Positions 21,001 through 24,805 of a stretch of 64,000 nt of DNA are shown here, one piece after another. The position numbers and the translations under genes were made by a program. How positions within the stretch are numbered: the stretch's first letter is position 1; each line of letters begins with the position of its first letter. Location: assembly GCA_047284725.1 (NCBI GenBank), contig JBJBEO010000001.1:920203-984202 (forward strand), given 5' to 3'. Below the pieces are notes generated by a model. It did no database searches, was not told the DNA's origin, and worked only from the letters and a program-made list of their open reading frames with translations. Origin of the DNA: Synechococcus sp. GTDB lineage: Bacteria > Cyanobacteriota > Cyanobacteriia > PCC-6307 > Cyanobiaceae.

Positions 21001-21404
21001 GTCACCCCCACCGCGGTGTCGCCGCTGGAGGTGGCGCTCAGGTTGCTCGCCTCGATCGCAGCGGTGTTGAGCGCCGTGACCTCAAGATCGCCGCCCAGGG
21101 GGGTGAGGGTGCTGTCCTGGACAAGCGCACGCGCTGATCCCAGCACGGTGTTGGTGGCGATCACGCCATTGACCGCCAGGGAGGTGCCGCTGCCGTAGGC
21201 ACTGCCGCCGGAGGACGATACCGTCGCATCGGCCGTCGCCTGGATCGTGGCGTTCTCCGACGCGCTCACCACCACGTCATCACCGGCCTGCAGGGTGATG
21301 GAGTTCAGGGACGCCTCGACATCGGCGCGCACATCGTTCAGGACGACGATGCCGCCGATGGCGATCGAATCCGACCCGCTGACGTTGAGACCCTGGGGGA
21401 TCAG
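3..21404 (-). CDS. Downstream open frame of the giant surface protein (at least 7134 codons, partial)
   Basis: Spot translations give recurring motifs AVGVTLAFNTIGWQ, SSGGSAYGTGTSLAVNG, SGSDSIAIGG..NDVR and TTNDGG. Same frame as the N-terminal part. Confidence 0.85.
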   Translation of the reverse strand, partial: MIPQGLNVSGSDSIAIGGIVVLNDVRADVEASLNSITLQAGDDVVVSASENATIQATADATVSSSGGSAYGSGTSLAVNGVIATNTVLGSARALVQDSTLTPLGGDLEVTALNTAAIEASNLSATSSGDTAVGVTLAFNTIGWQSQNVLFNAIDTLLGSSIGSEDPFETLALIDNTSVDAVGSVTVNAETGAAITATVGNEATSAASALFGATGMSFAGVLAGNMVSTTTDAHLGHAWDYAPSDGPVTLNIGDRVRLDSGDVYEYQGTAPIESSLDLSNTAQNYASNNDWLDIGTSSPTLLPGSTLYTDSDTPTQLNQNDIVGFNGDYYQYQGENLQSSVDLSTGSQNYTTDTTNWLDLSTDVAAGGIAVSAADSATIEATSQVVSASSTSNDGGAGILNGLAQTLLDDYQFTSQSGTPELNFGDRVRVDDDYSFNEVVDSSFDPAGQIFQYMGESQARDLGAQDYSDYGLWKPLDQTNIIPSGLNVSGSDSIGIGGLVVRNDVRGTVDAYINDATVLARDGHVTVEASEIAAITATAESAASSSGGSAYGTGTSLAINGLIATNTVLSAASARITDSTVEAQDAAGGTTEAGTIAVEAENTSAIDASVLSATTSGDTAVGVTLAFNTIGWQPQNLLFNTLDALLGDSVLGQEAPAQVTAYSRDSQLTAAADISVTARNAAQLDATITNQADSAASALFGATGMSTSGVLASNLVSSAADAFIAFSGAQGDVSALGHVTVTASDEAGVLSSSDITSVSVTTNDGGVSLLQDALANLDRQYDFTTESGSVLVGLPSYDHSTGEGSTVVALGDRVKVDYGYFEAITPDYTTTDSGAESATVVKDTTIVRVGSGYYRYVGQGGTLDLTAQDFTDATLWQEISGEEGAVYEYLGDGDLVDDTLDLASQNYNDTTFWSRQGAAESTRVRVGPGYSNGGDEGGIYRYEGAQAAQIDLGTIDYETSGDWVKVTESTADYIPNVGNVTGSDSVAIGGVVVRNDVRSRVDVFIDNADVAAGGDLTVAALSNAQIAATILSEVSSSGGSAYGTGTSLAVNGTIATNLVQSTTEATITDSEIGDGTTAIGGAVAVTAENTSAIDATILGSTSSGDTAVGVTLAFNTIGWQSQNVLFNAIDALVGDSLIGREDPATVIAAIEDSTLKLSGDLTVSAVNDAGLNATVSNAAISEASALFGAMGMSTSAILASNKVSTATRAYVEDSDGGDAVSTAVEAGGSVAITASDSAGVYSNTKIVSSSTTTNDGGASVLQESINDLLEVDHTSDATSVTLEFGDRVRLADDYAVPTHSTTPQLGLSTNEQGLIDGMVVEVTEEATGDGTVGSVYQYVGEEQDPPTVVDLVTLDYGSSLDWVEISGSAGSVYEFMGADGIDPASGLAGSSDLSRLNYSDLGYWKEVPESQLIPQGLNVSGSDSIAIGGIVVLNDVRADVEASLNSITLQAGDDVVVSASENATIQATADATVSSSGGSAYGSGTSLAVNGVIATNTVLGSARALVQDSTLTPLGGDLEVTALNTAAIEASNLSATSSGDTAVGVTLAFNTIGWQSQNVLFNAIDTLLGSSIGSEDPFETLALIDNTSVDAVGSVTVNAETGAAITATVGNEATSAASALFGATGMSFAGVLAGNMVSTTTDAHLGHAWDYAPSDGPVTLNIGDRVRLDSGDVYEYQGTAPIESSLDLSNTAQNYASNNDWLDIGTSSPTLLPGSTLYTDSDTPTQLNQNDIVGFNGDYYQYQGENLQSSVDLSTGSQNYTTDTTNWLDLSTDVAAGGIAVSAADSATIEATSQVVSASSTSNDGGAGILNGLAQTLLDDYQFTSQSGTPELNFGDRVRVDDDYSFNEVVDSSFDPAGQIFQYMGESQARDLGAQDYSDYGLWKPLDQTNIIPSGLNVSGSDSIGIGGLVVRNDVRGTVDAYINDATVLARDGHVTVEASEIAAITATAESAASSSGGSAYGTGTSLAINGLIATNTVLSAASARITDSTVEAQDAAGGTTEAGTIAVEAENTSAIDASVLSATTSGDTAVGVTLAFNTIGWQPQNLLFNTLDALLGDSVLGQEAPAQVTAYSRDSQLTAAADISVTARNAAQLDATITNQADSAASALFGATGMSTSGVLASNLVSSAADAFIAFSGAQGDVSALGHVTVTASDEAGVLSSSDITSVSVTTNDGGVSLLQDALANLDRQYDFTTESGSVLVGLPSYDHSTGEGSTVVALGDRVKVDYGYFEAITPDYTTTDSGAESATVVKDTTIVRVGSGYYRYVGQGGTLDLTAQDFTDATLWQEISGEEGAVYEYLGDGDLVDDTLDLASQNYNDTTFWSRQGAAESTRVRVGPGYSNGGDEGGIYRYEGAQAAQIDLGTIDYETSGDWVKVTESTADYIPNVGNVTGSDSVAIGGVVVRNDVRSRVDVFIDNADVAAGGDLTVAALSNAQIAATILSEVSSSGGSAYGTGTSLAVNGTIATNLVQSTTEATITDSEIGDGTTAIGGAVAVTAENTSAIDATILGSTSSGDTAVGVTLAFNTIGWQSQNVLFNAIDALVGDSLIGREDPATVIAAIEDSTLKLSGDLTVSAVNDAGLNATVSNAAISEASALFGAMGMSTSAILASNKVSTATRAYVEDSDGGDAVSTAVEAGGSVAITASDSAGVYSNTKIVSSSTTTNDGGASVLQESINDLLEVDHTSDATSVTLEFGDRVRLADDYAVPTHSTTPQLGLSTNEQGLIDGMVVEVTEEATGDGTVGSVYQYVGEEQDPPTVVDLVTLDYGSSLDWVEISGSAGSVYEFMGADGIDPASGLAGSSDLSRLNYSDLGYWKEVPESQLIPQGLNVSGSDSIAIGGIVVLNDVRADVEASLKGSLVNTVNGDVNVTADESATIQATVDSTASSSGGSAYGTGTSLAVNGTIATNLILSSAKAVLEDSTIDANTTGGGLGNVGVSAVNSSDLDATNLSMTTSGDTAVGVTLAFNSIGWRPSNILFNTIDAIIGTPALVNEKPASVEALIKNATVNAEGSIDVSAQTTASITSNISNETSSAASALFGASGMAVGAIIATNKVNSSTVASIGGSSNDIDAGNALTIIADDNASISADNLLKALSTTTNDGGASIAADYIGAATNEYQYTTKSGVQTVREGELVYLASDFDISGHTPGDVYAYQGTAAATFNLSDFDFEGSSDWEKVDATDLLSWVPAQLNLNVSSSDAVAIGGLIVLNDVRGSVDSYIQNADVDVFGAVQVIAKERATIDAMNDSVAKSDGGSAFVGGTTVAVNAVIVTNVVLSDANASVTDSDITTTGGGDVTVSASNSSIINANTTSETTVFGGGTSVSVGVTAAFNTVGIEPQNFLFNIADIFLDTPLADQDAAQTRAFIRDSTVDADGKINVTATSDASIDAMIQSAAVSTSATLASSTSISVGAVLALNKVSTDVKAYLDKTTSSSMSFIAHGGDIAVQADDHSGIDAEVAVSSMALSASLSGSNGVSLGLAIARNEIHNDLDSYIRNVNTVDALSGSVIVTADTEAEIQSTASASSIAVVVGVSGGRGFSGGGAVAINSIQGGSEAHITGSNVHARASSPVGYEYTSNHGEVDLALNDRVRVDSDHQGGGVPGGVYKFTGGTPGIVDLSTQNFDDTEWTLVSDEGNVIIEADNRSIIGALIDSKSIAAAGGISSSVAGSIGISVAENFIGFDGSLDLDTSSFGGSRTLSPLTTHAYIKDSDIHAEGSIDLSAISLAAIDATVQAISAAVALAASTGVSLSAAGVYSENRIGTSVQAYIEGNGPAGSPVNGIMTDGGVVSLLARDMSSINADALAASVGASLGGSTGVGVSIGLTLAINEVNNDVNAFIKDVSNVNSAGDIRIDAHAMPSSADAPTYTSGAGLQTLNVGDTVRTDATHGNGGQGDRLYRFRGYVADFSLNDNGVLNADFDGDGADGTTADERNDDALLLREGNTVELVNGNIYRYIGDEAEIYLGNIDFAANPNEWVLFNGYLRDLGAEDYSDTRLWELADGSITARAAAASISASFGGSAGVAISGAGAVSTNAILTRTNAFIDDSTVRNAVGVDISASNQSIITAQVGAVSVALGAGGSAGVGASIGASVVTNRIGWDGSGNSTNAEGALSEVQAYINNSSLTASGDLNLNATADSKIDALSLAGSAALAAGGTAGIGLSGAGISTQNKIATTINASINGVDDDSSGADPVDTITAATIGLSATDTSTITSDAAAVSIAAGFGGTGAGALSVGITLAENQISNAVETSISNISSVTSETGDISLAVAEDATIQARTAAVSVALAGGGLAGISLSGAGTEARNVILTTTRARVDDSLLISAGDVSLHAASTASISALVASASAAVGVGTAGIGASVGLAIAKNLIGYNLDGSDGLSEVLTSITDSSIDAVGELSLSADSSASINATVLAGSVAVAVGGGSLGAAGAGASATNRIRTLITSTIDGDSPNSSVIHGIEAGTVSLRATDNSTINADVGAASLAGAVGLGAGASISIGVATAYNEIANEVESLVLNVDGDPADISDVGLTTTAAASTTGDITIDASSTSQITARSAAASAAVGAGLFAGIAISGAGADSTNVILSLTHAGVENSDLLSVRDVAITADDTSTINALVVGASAAVGAGGVGGGVSIGSAVAKNFIGYTAGSVPQPAGVQTWVINSSIDAARDLILDADAVETIIADVAAFSAALAGGAVAGAASGAGADVLNLMAINVKSVVNGTRGGHIDIGRAMSVTANDLSTITASTEAASIAGSVGLIGASVAIGVSLAGNSIANDVEASVRDAEIDGAPDGLTIAADETATITATAQAAALSASVSIGASLSGGGASTTGTVLTQTRAYVLNGVLSLSGDLDIDAHATTTAISEVQATSAAFGLIAAAASGSLGVATVTPTVEAYISGADVDADDITVEAKATPRAETTARGFSVSSGVSMGVSSATSKVAATVDAYVGGSGKTITADSLSVQAKTLLPGSDDTANAFAVGSAGGLLLGFDATLTLAQTTSTLNSYVVASTTLNVDDVTVNANNKTRQVADSSSDAFGLIAAGVTQSEAIATTTTLAYLGSNVTVNGGALSVTATGEDDNFADTTAGSGGVVSGASARPRTENNAVVTAEIGANSDVDLSSTEGSQVVVKADHKAIFNSRIVANAAGFLSGAGGDSDHDIDSDVTAKIGHGADLVAFALEMEANNIIDKPALSGGSSNLDGSAKALISGAGADSDTDLDLVTIVKIEDDADIDIVGLPTNDQVLTLKAKNKITAYDKITFEASGLGAGAKTSSTIRTLNDIARIDIGDADIYSSGMFLATARGEGDISIQNSAEANGGVGVVIGESLVDINPENEIIIRSGANILADGDIRFAVAEDGDFSEDWYDIESRVDSYSSAAIPVDDLDAEAFLFQENEINIASGAHLQSAREVRLHAEEVGLSNVAATNAGHSWAANLFSAPSKFADVGNSLAEAHAVVINNGTVETGIKRKQTLILEDWDRTTGLVTVISRDSDDDMVDEGDISFTQNQEKLENSLLRELDFAQSQLSTYPENEELVTFYSSEVSRITAELEALGLLETVPDGPNAGAQVANEQFVMTVTINPVHAEAGMIDIRGDQLYGSGEWIAPGDADVTIQNHTPAFLRILGITIPEVNGGLFFNGNEVTSNAKITSDNQTLVDEDNAFNQNEGNWNAVTADFSQIPDSSEDAPTITVQNLLDVRDPAAAGGTFTQVVNMTLSASEATSVGWGTDDPDDPTDPGTSFFHQRIEQSSTSGIGEGLALEVFVDSSGDIDFSVAGLGTGYVAGDSVTFSDPFGVGDNVTITVTPVTAEVNVTYPWPDLTISGDGIIAPTSTVVLETNSAGDGDVIIEAEVIAGNLRVVAGGTLFIPDVSQLEAQGKPYTAWADATTGPIGDGSSSAAWTAEASTSNQNTVFATEPAGSTAAQRELVAELTAELEAAKSSLVDAAAGSSLEATLESDIARIEAELVAAEAPGGGYLGLYADKIVIDAEYLNINGIIQSGVEDYVLNIDSFVQSEINTLLERGKTGRFFLPDSSLRSESFGLIYDASTNTIEVLDLRVSGGSIDLTGHILNTANGKIRALGGYGYIEVNNSTNYNLKIHELDASQRGAGTIIIRDKARGTSEDPLVTIYQQTAEGFTVTESNNSGSTVYAGDSLNNLDNLDTSAVESEDLSNYQPDEGWRFGWTVGLTQKIIRTATQVDSSWAFIPLGTDFDGPWDRTEIENQPTLEDEAGYYYKDIDNTSQYDHVEEVVTLGIQYPAGPDGVYGTDDDGVLSSKTNTSWYGKKTITVKYKQTETQGVTDTHSVEADRPIDIAFLGYDEGRIIVNSTGTGAVEIIGPIANPTGLTRVVSQQDIETVGLSAYVGGRRVELEALSGIGTDDDNPLVTRVTDSPTQEYEGRLFFDDLAHLGNDLISRPSGDWTLDGFQAGNTITIVGSNKNDGTYLIDNVTQQVLTLNAAASLTDETADVTAVGTGTSAVVNPSSLKATTQNGDIYIREQIGELAIEEITAENGGDVELFAPGAIRVGETDLRTPFGGSHITGGSITLTSATGGVGNSAATPLEINSAISPTFLKDKVSIQAAGDVYVEEVDGDLRLEEIITGGDVWVKVDNGNLLDVNDDQTRDERTYNELKGGVWSDLSLTEELGALDKIENAKIEVESQRTQEYRSYWQFRNMQSDPGTYDADFQVALTAEEFAFYTDPTGLNYDELQVQALEQSRTDQYHALHTLLENLGVVSDVDTFDEAFSYELSAAEEQDVEGNFKVWTEAELLFSISAGLLKGVSDTTVSEEEANITGNDVTLIVGGGIGETSGFIDIDVAKLRTAPKSGLMSFSGSDITFSGGWSGFSVNDQVFVEGHDNGSYIITAINTNVLTVGFIDDDDNVVVPASFNTASNVDVDVTITLTDDERVTLAAAERNDVTYLKSAPITSEVAFGNSDGKGTLTRISGDLFAAFTAGDFIQVVGNAVNANEDFETYRIESVVGNVITLDQALSAELATVQLLNVVPDPNAPVVSATATAVVVSFADEISGQDTITRNSGSWMADGFQAGMVISISGNSANVTGTNEFFLIENVTASKLTLNSGGTLDDETGVTVDIAGGFTQQIDISRINLVEDIDIEASGVVNVDADEQVFLGSEGTIYVDSIKS
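12847..13445. repeat. 599-bp direct repeat, copy R3 (CAG allele)
   Basis: Matches 17077-17675 and 21307-21905; G at 12947. Confidence 0.9.
17077..17675. repeat. 599-bp direct repeat, copy R2 (CAG allele)
   Basis: Matches the other two copies; G at 17177. Confidence 0.9.
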
Positions 21405-21905
21405 CTAGCTCTCGGGCACTTCCTTCCAGTACCCCAGGTCGCTGTAATTCAACCGACTCAGATCGCTCGAGCCGGCTAAGCCGCTGGCCGGGTCGATCCC
21501 GTCGGCCCCCATGAATTCATAGACAGAGCCGGCACTGCCGCTGATCTCGACCCAGTCGAGGCTGCTGCCGTAGTCCAGGGTCACCAGATCGACAACCGTC
21601 GGGGGATCCTGCTCCTCGCCCACGTACTGATACACGCTGCCGACGGTGCCGTCGCCTGTGGCCTCCTCGGTCACCTCCACGACCATTCCGTCGATCAGGC
21701 CCTGCTCATTCGTGCTCAGACCCAGCTGCGGTGTCGTGCTGTGGGTCGGCACCGCGTAATCATCGGCCAGCCGCACCCGATCACCGAACTCCAGGGTCAC
21801 GCTGGTGGCGTCGGAGGTGTGGTCCACCTCGAGGAGATCATTGATGCTTTCCTGCAGCACCGACGCGCCACCGTCATTGGTGGTGGTCGATGAGGAGACG
21901 ATCTT
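21307..21905. repeat. 599-bp direct repeat, copy R1 (TAG allele)
   Basis: tcagctAgct at 21401-21410 versus tcagctGgct in R2 and R3. Confidence 0.9.
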
Positions 21906-24551
21906 TGAATTTGAATAGATACCCGACTCATCCGTGGCACGGACTATGGCATTTCTGACAGCATTCACATCGGTCGTGATCGAGTCATCAGTGTCCTGAT
22001 CAGCGATATAGGCGAATGCACCACTATTGATCTTGTTGGATGCGAAAATCCCTCCAGAGCCAACGCTCGATGCGCCGAAGATGCTGTCGGCAGTGCTTGC
22101 GGCTGCATTACTGACCGTTGCGTTGAACTTGCTCTTGGCGTCGGCACTGAGCAGCACATCTTGTGCCGAGACGACGCTGGAGTCGATAATGTATGCGCTC
22201 ACGTCGGAGCGTTCGAAGCTTCCAGGGCCAGGGCCAAGAAGAGCATCGAGCGTCTGGATACCAGGCACGACGCGCCAGCCTATGGAGTTGAAGGCAACTG
22301 AGGCACCTAGGCTGAATCCGGTTCCGCCCAAGGAGATCTCGGGTGTTTGAGATGTCGCCGAAGCGCCCGATTTTGCGTCAACGCCTGATGTGTCCTCAGC
22401 CCTAACAAGTACATCGCCACTTGTCAGCGTTTTGATATCACTGTCGTTCTCAATGTAGGCAGTGGTACTGCCGATCAGTGTGTTGGAGGAATATGTTCCG
22501 CCGATGCTGATGCTTCCTGTGAAAGGTAGTGATGCAGCAACCGAAGTGGTTTTCGCTTGCGCACCCAACTGCGCTTGCTTGGTCGCTTCGATTGTGATAT
22601 CGGCACCGGTCGCCTCCAAGGCGGAATTGGTGATGAACGCTTCGACGTTCCGATCCAACAGATTCTGCGCCGATGCAACATTCACCGAGACCGGCAGGAC
22701 GACTGAATCGAGGTTGACGATCTGTTCCGGTGCTGCCGCCGTGAGCATCGCTAGATCGTTCGCGGCAACTGATACTCCGCCGGCTCCGGCATTCACCGAG
22801 CTTCCTTCGATCGAAGCCTTCACGTCACCATCGATCTCGTTCAGCGCAGAAACGGCAAAAGCGCTGTAGTTGGTTTGTGTGGTGGCGTCTATCGAAAGTC
22901 CACCTACATTGATGGTATTAGTGGAATTCTTGATTGATGCCACCGCGCTCTCGGTGAACCGATTCACAGTCGAAATCGTCGACGCTGAACGCACCTTGCC
23001 CTGGGTCGTTGCCGACAGAGAGAACGTTGTTGCCGTGATGCTGCCGCCATCAACGTGGACACTCGCGCTTGAATCCGCCGTGAGGTCAATGGGAAGAGGC
23101 GTGGAAATGTTGATGTCACGTTTCACCGTGGCACTAGCGGTCACATTGCCTGTGGCGTTGATGTCACCAGCGATGTTGATGCTGGCCTGAAGGTTGCTTA
23201 CATTGGCAGCATTGGTGATCTGGTTTGATTCTTCTGCGATCGCGTTAAAAAGTACGCTGCCCAGGCCCGATAGGCTGGCCCCAGTCGCCACATTGATTCT
23301 TTCTGCGTGGATCTCCAGGTTGTTCCCTTCGAGATCAACAGTTCCTGTGAGCACCACCGAGTCGGTGCCCGCGCCGCCGCGAATTGTTAGCTTGGCGTCA
23401 ATGTCAGCCGTTGCGATCTCGAGGACGTCGTCGGCGCCGCCGAGGTCGATGATCAGCTCGGTGGTCGGCTTGACGAAATAAATGGTCTCGATGGTGGGGC
23501 TGACGTCCGGGTCGTTGCGCAGCACCAGATCGCTGGTGTTGGTGCTGTCGTCCTCGAGAATCAACGTGTCAGCAAGCGCCGCCGCTGGAGCCACCGTCTG
23601 CGGATTTTCGTTGGATCCGGCGTTGCCGGCGCTGTTCGCCGCGATTAGATCCGCGTCGATGGTGAGCGTCGCCACCGCGCTGTTGAGCGTGATCGGCTCA
23701 AGACCTTCGTAGTTGACCGTCTGCCCGTCGAGCGTCACTGAACCAGAATGCGGGCCGGATGCCTCGAAGCCGACGTTTGTATAGCTTTCTCCAACGAACA
23801 CAAGGCTGTCGAAGCCACCGTCGCCACCGTCGATACCGCCGCTGATGGCTCCTTGTTGCTCAAAGACAAACGTGTCTTCGTTGTCCGTGCCACCGGTGAG
23901 TTTCTCAACACCAGAAAATTGCACCACTGTGTTCACGTTGCCCTGATTGAGGGCGGTGACTGTCCATAGGCTGTCCATGCCGGGGCCGAACAGGGTGTCC
24001 GTCCCCAGGCCACCATCGAAATGCAGGCTTCCCCCGACCGCACCGAGGGCATTGATCAGCTCAGAACTAACGGTTAAAGCGTCATCGCCCTCTCCCAGTG
24101 CAACCGTGACACCAGCGGCTGTCAGAGGTGCGAGAACGATGACCTCCCCTGCTTGAACCGTTGCTGTGAGCTCACCGGCGTCGTTGGCATCAAGGGCAAG
24201 CGCCTGGCCTAGAGAGTCACCAACCAGTGAAATCTCACCACTGAGATCGTCGATCAGCCAATTGATGCCACTGGATTGAAGCGACGAACTTTCCTGAGGC
24301 GGACTGCCACCGTCAATGATGGGATCATGGGGCGAATCACTCAGCAAGTTCTCAGATACCTCGCCTTCAATTTCGGCTTCGGGGGTATCAACGGCTACCA
24401 ATAATTCGCTGTCGATTGAGCCTGAGTCCAGGAGCGACTCGCCAAGCTGAGGCCCGGATGAGTCACTCTCCAGCGCCGCTTCCTCCTCAAGTCCAGGCAG
24501 TAAATAGCCTTCTTGGAGTGCTTCCAGGGAAGGATCTTGAGGCACAGCCAT
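21405..24551 (-). CDS. N-terminal 1048-aa fragment of the giant surface protein, with acidic leader and RTX-like GGxGxD motifs
   Basis: ORF track. Motifs FDGGLGTDTL, IDGGDGGFDSL, IRGGAGTDSV. No obvious hydrophobic Sec signal peptide. Ends at a TAG where the two paralogous repeat copies have CAG. Confidence 0.85.
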   Translation of the reverse strand: MAVPQDPSLEALQEGYLLPGLEEEAALESDSSGPQLGESLLDSGSIDSELLVAVDTPEAEIEGEVSENLLSDSPHDPIIDGGSPPQESSSLQSSGINWLIDDLSGEISLVGDSLGQALALDANDAGELTATVQAGEVIVLAPLTAAGVTVALGEGDDALTVSSELINALGAVGGSLHFDGGLGTDTLFGPGMDSLWTVTALNQGNVNTVVQFSGVEKLTGGTDNEDTFVFEQQGAISGGIDGGDGGFDSLVFVGESYTNVGFEASGPHSGSVTLDGQTVNYEGLEPITLNSAVATLTIDADLIAANSAGNAGSNENPQTVAPAAALADTLILEDDSTNTSDLVLRNDPDVSPTIETIYFVKPTTELIIDLGGADDVLEIATADIDAKLTIRGGAGTDSVVLTGTVDLEGNNLEIHAERINVATGASLSGLGSVLFNAIAEESNQITNAANVSNLQASINIAGDINATGNVTASATVKRDINISTPLPIDLTADSSASVHVDGGSITATTFSLSATTQGKVRSASTISTVNRFTESAVASIKNSTNTINVGGLSIDATTQTNYSAFAVSALNEIDGDVKASIEGSSVNAGAGGVSVAANDLAMLTAAAPEQIVNLDSVVLPVSVNVASAQNLLDRNVEAFITNSALEATGADITIEATKQAQLGAQAKTTSVAASLPFTGSISIGGTYSSNTLIGSTTAYIENDSDIKTLTSGDVLVRAEDTSGVDAKSGASATSQTPEISLGGTGFSLGASVAFNSIGWRVVPGIQTLDALLGPGPGSFERSDVSAYIIDSSVVSAQDVLLSADAKSKFNATVSNAAASTADSIFGASSVGSGGIFASNKINSGAFAYIADQDTDDSITTDVNAVRNAIVRATDESGIYSNSKIVSSSTTTNDGGASVLQESINDLLEVDHTSDATSVTLEFGDRVRLADDYAVPTHSTTPQLGLSTNEQGLIDGMVVEVTEEATGDGTVGSVYQYVGEEQDPPTVVDLVTLDYGSSLDWVEISGSAGSVYEFMGADGIDPASGLAGSSDLSRLNYSDLGYWKEVPES

Positions 24552-24805
24552 GGCTGAACGAATCGCCTAATCCTTTACTCATAAAGGGGCCAGCTTTGGC
24601 ACGCAATGTCGCATCCGCTTTTAAGTGGGCATGCCTAAAATCAGTGTTTAATCGGATTCTCACCAGTCTTTAAGATTCAAGTTTTTTAGTTGAGCTATAA
24701 GCATTTTGAAGTCTTAATTTGTCGCTTCAAATATTAAAAAACCGTGAGCAAATGTTCAATAATTTCTCGCTTTTGTTATGACTCAAGGGCCTTATTTCTT
24801 TGGTG
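24552..24805. promoter_or_regulatory. AT-rich divergent intergenic region, probable promoters for the giant gene and the SapC-family gene
   Basis: Head-to-head genes; visibly AT-rich at 24640-24800. Individual promoter elements not assigned. Confidence 0.5.

Larger units (their letters stand above)
12847..21905. repeat. Near-perfect tandem duplication, period 4230 bp (1410 codons), about 2.14 copies
   Basis: Identical sequence at offsets of 4230 (e.g. 12961, 17191, 21421). Paired ORF-track translations are identical (13558/17788, 14340/18570, 16185/20415). Identity starts at AGGGACGCC (12847) and ends at ATCTT (21905). Confidence 0.95.
1..24551 (-). pseudogene. Giant repetitive surface protein / filamentous adhesin gene (at least 8183 codons, 3' end outside window) interrupted by one in-frame TAG at 21405-21407
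   Basis: The frame of ORF 21405..24551 resumes right after the TAG and still reads as protein at the window edge (..LGSEGTIYVDSIKS at 3-44). The track lists no minus-strand ORF in this frame below 21405, implying no further stop. Composition and repeats resemble LktA-like filamentous adhesins and giant cyanobacterial surface proteins. Confidence 0.85.

Noticed and set aside
21405..21407. Programmed amber recoding (pyrrolysine or alternative genetic code)
   Set aside because: Identical paralogous copies have CAG, TAG is a normal stop elsewhere in the window (e.g. 25561, 34248), and no pyl genes are visible.
12847..21905. Direct repeats as a composite transposon, IS pair or CRISPR array
   Set aside because: The repeats are in-frame coding sequence, with no transposase, terminal inverted repeats, unique spacers or cas genes.
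24487..24582. Out-of-frame 31-codon upstream ORF overlapping the giant gene start
   Set aside because: Expected by chance; no supporting feature.
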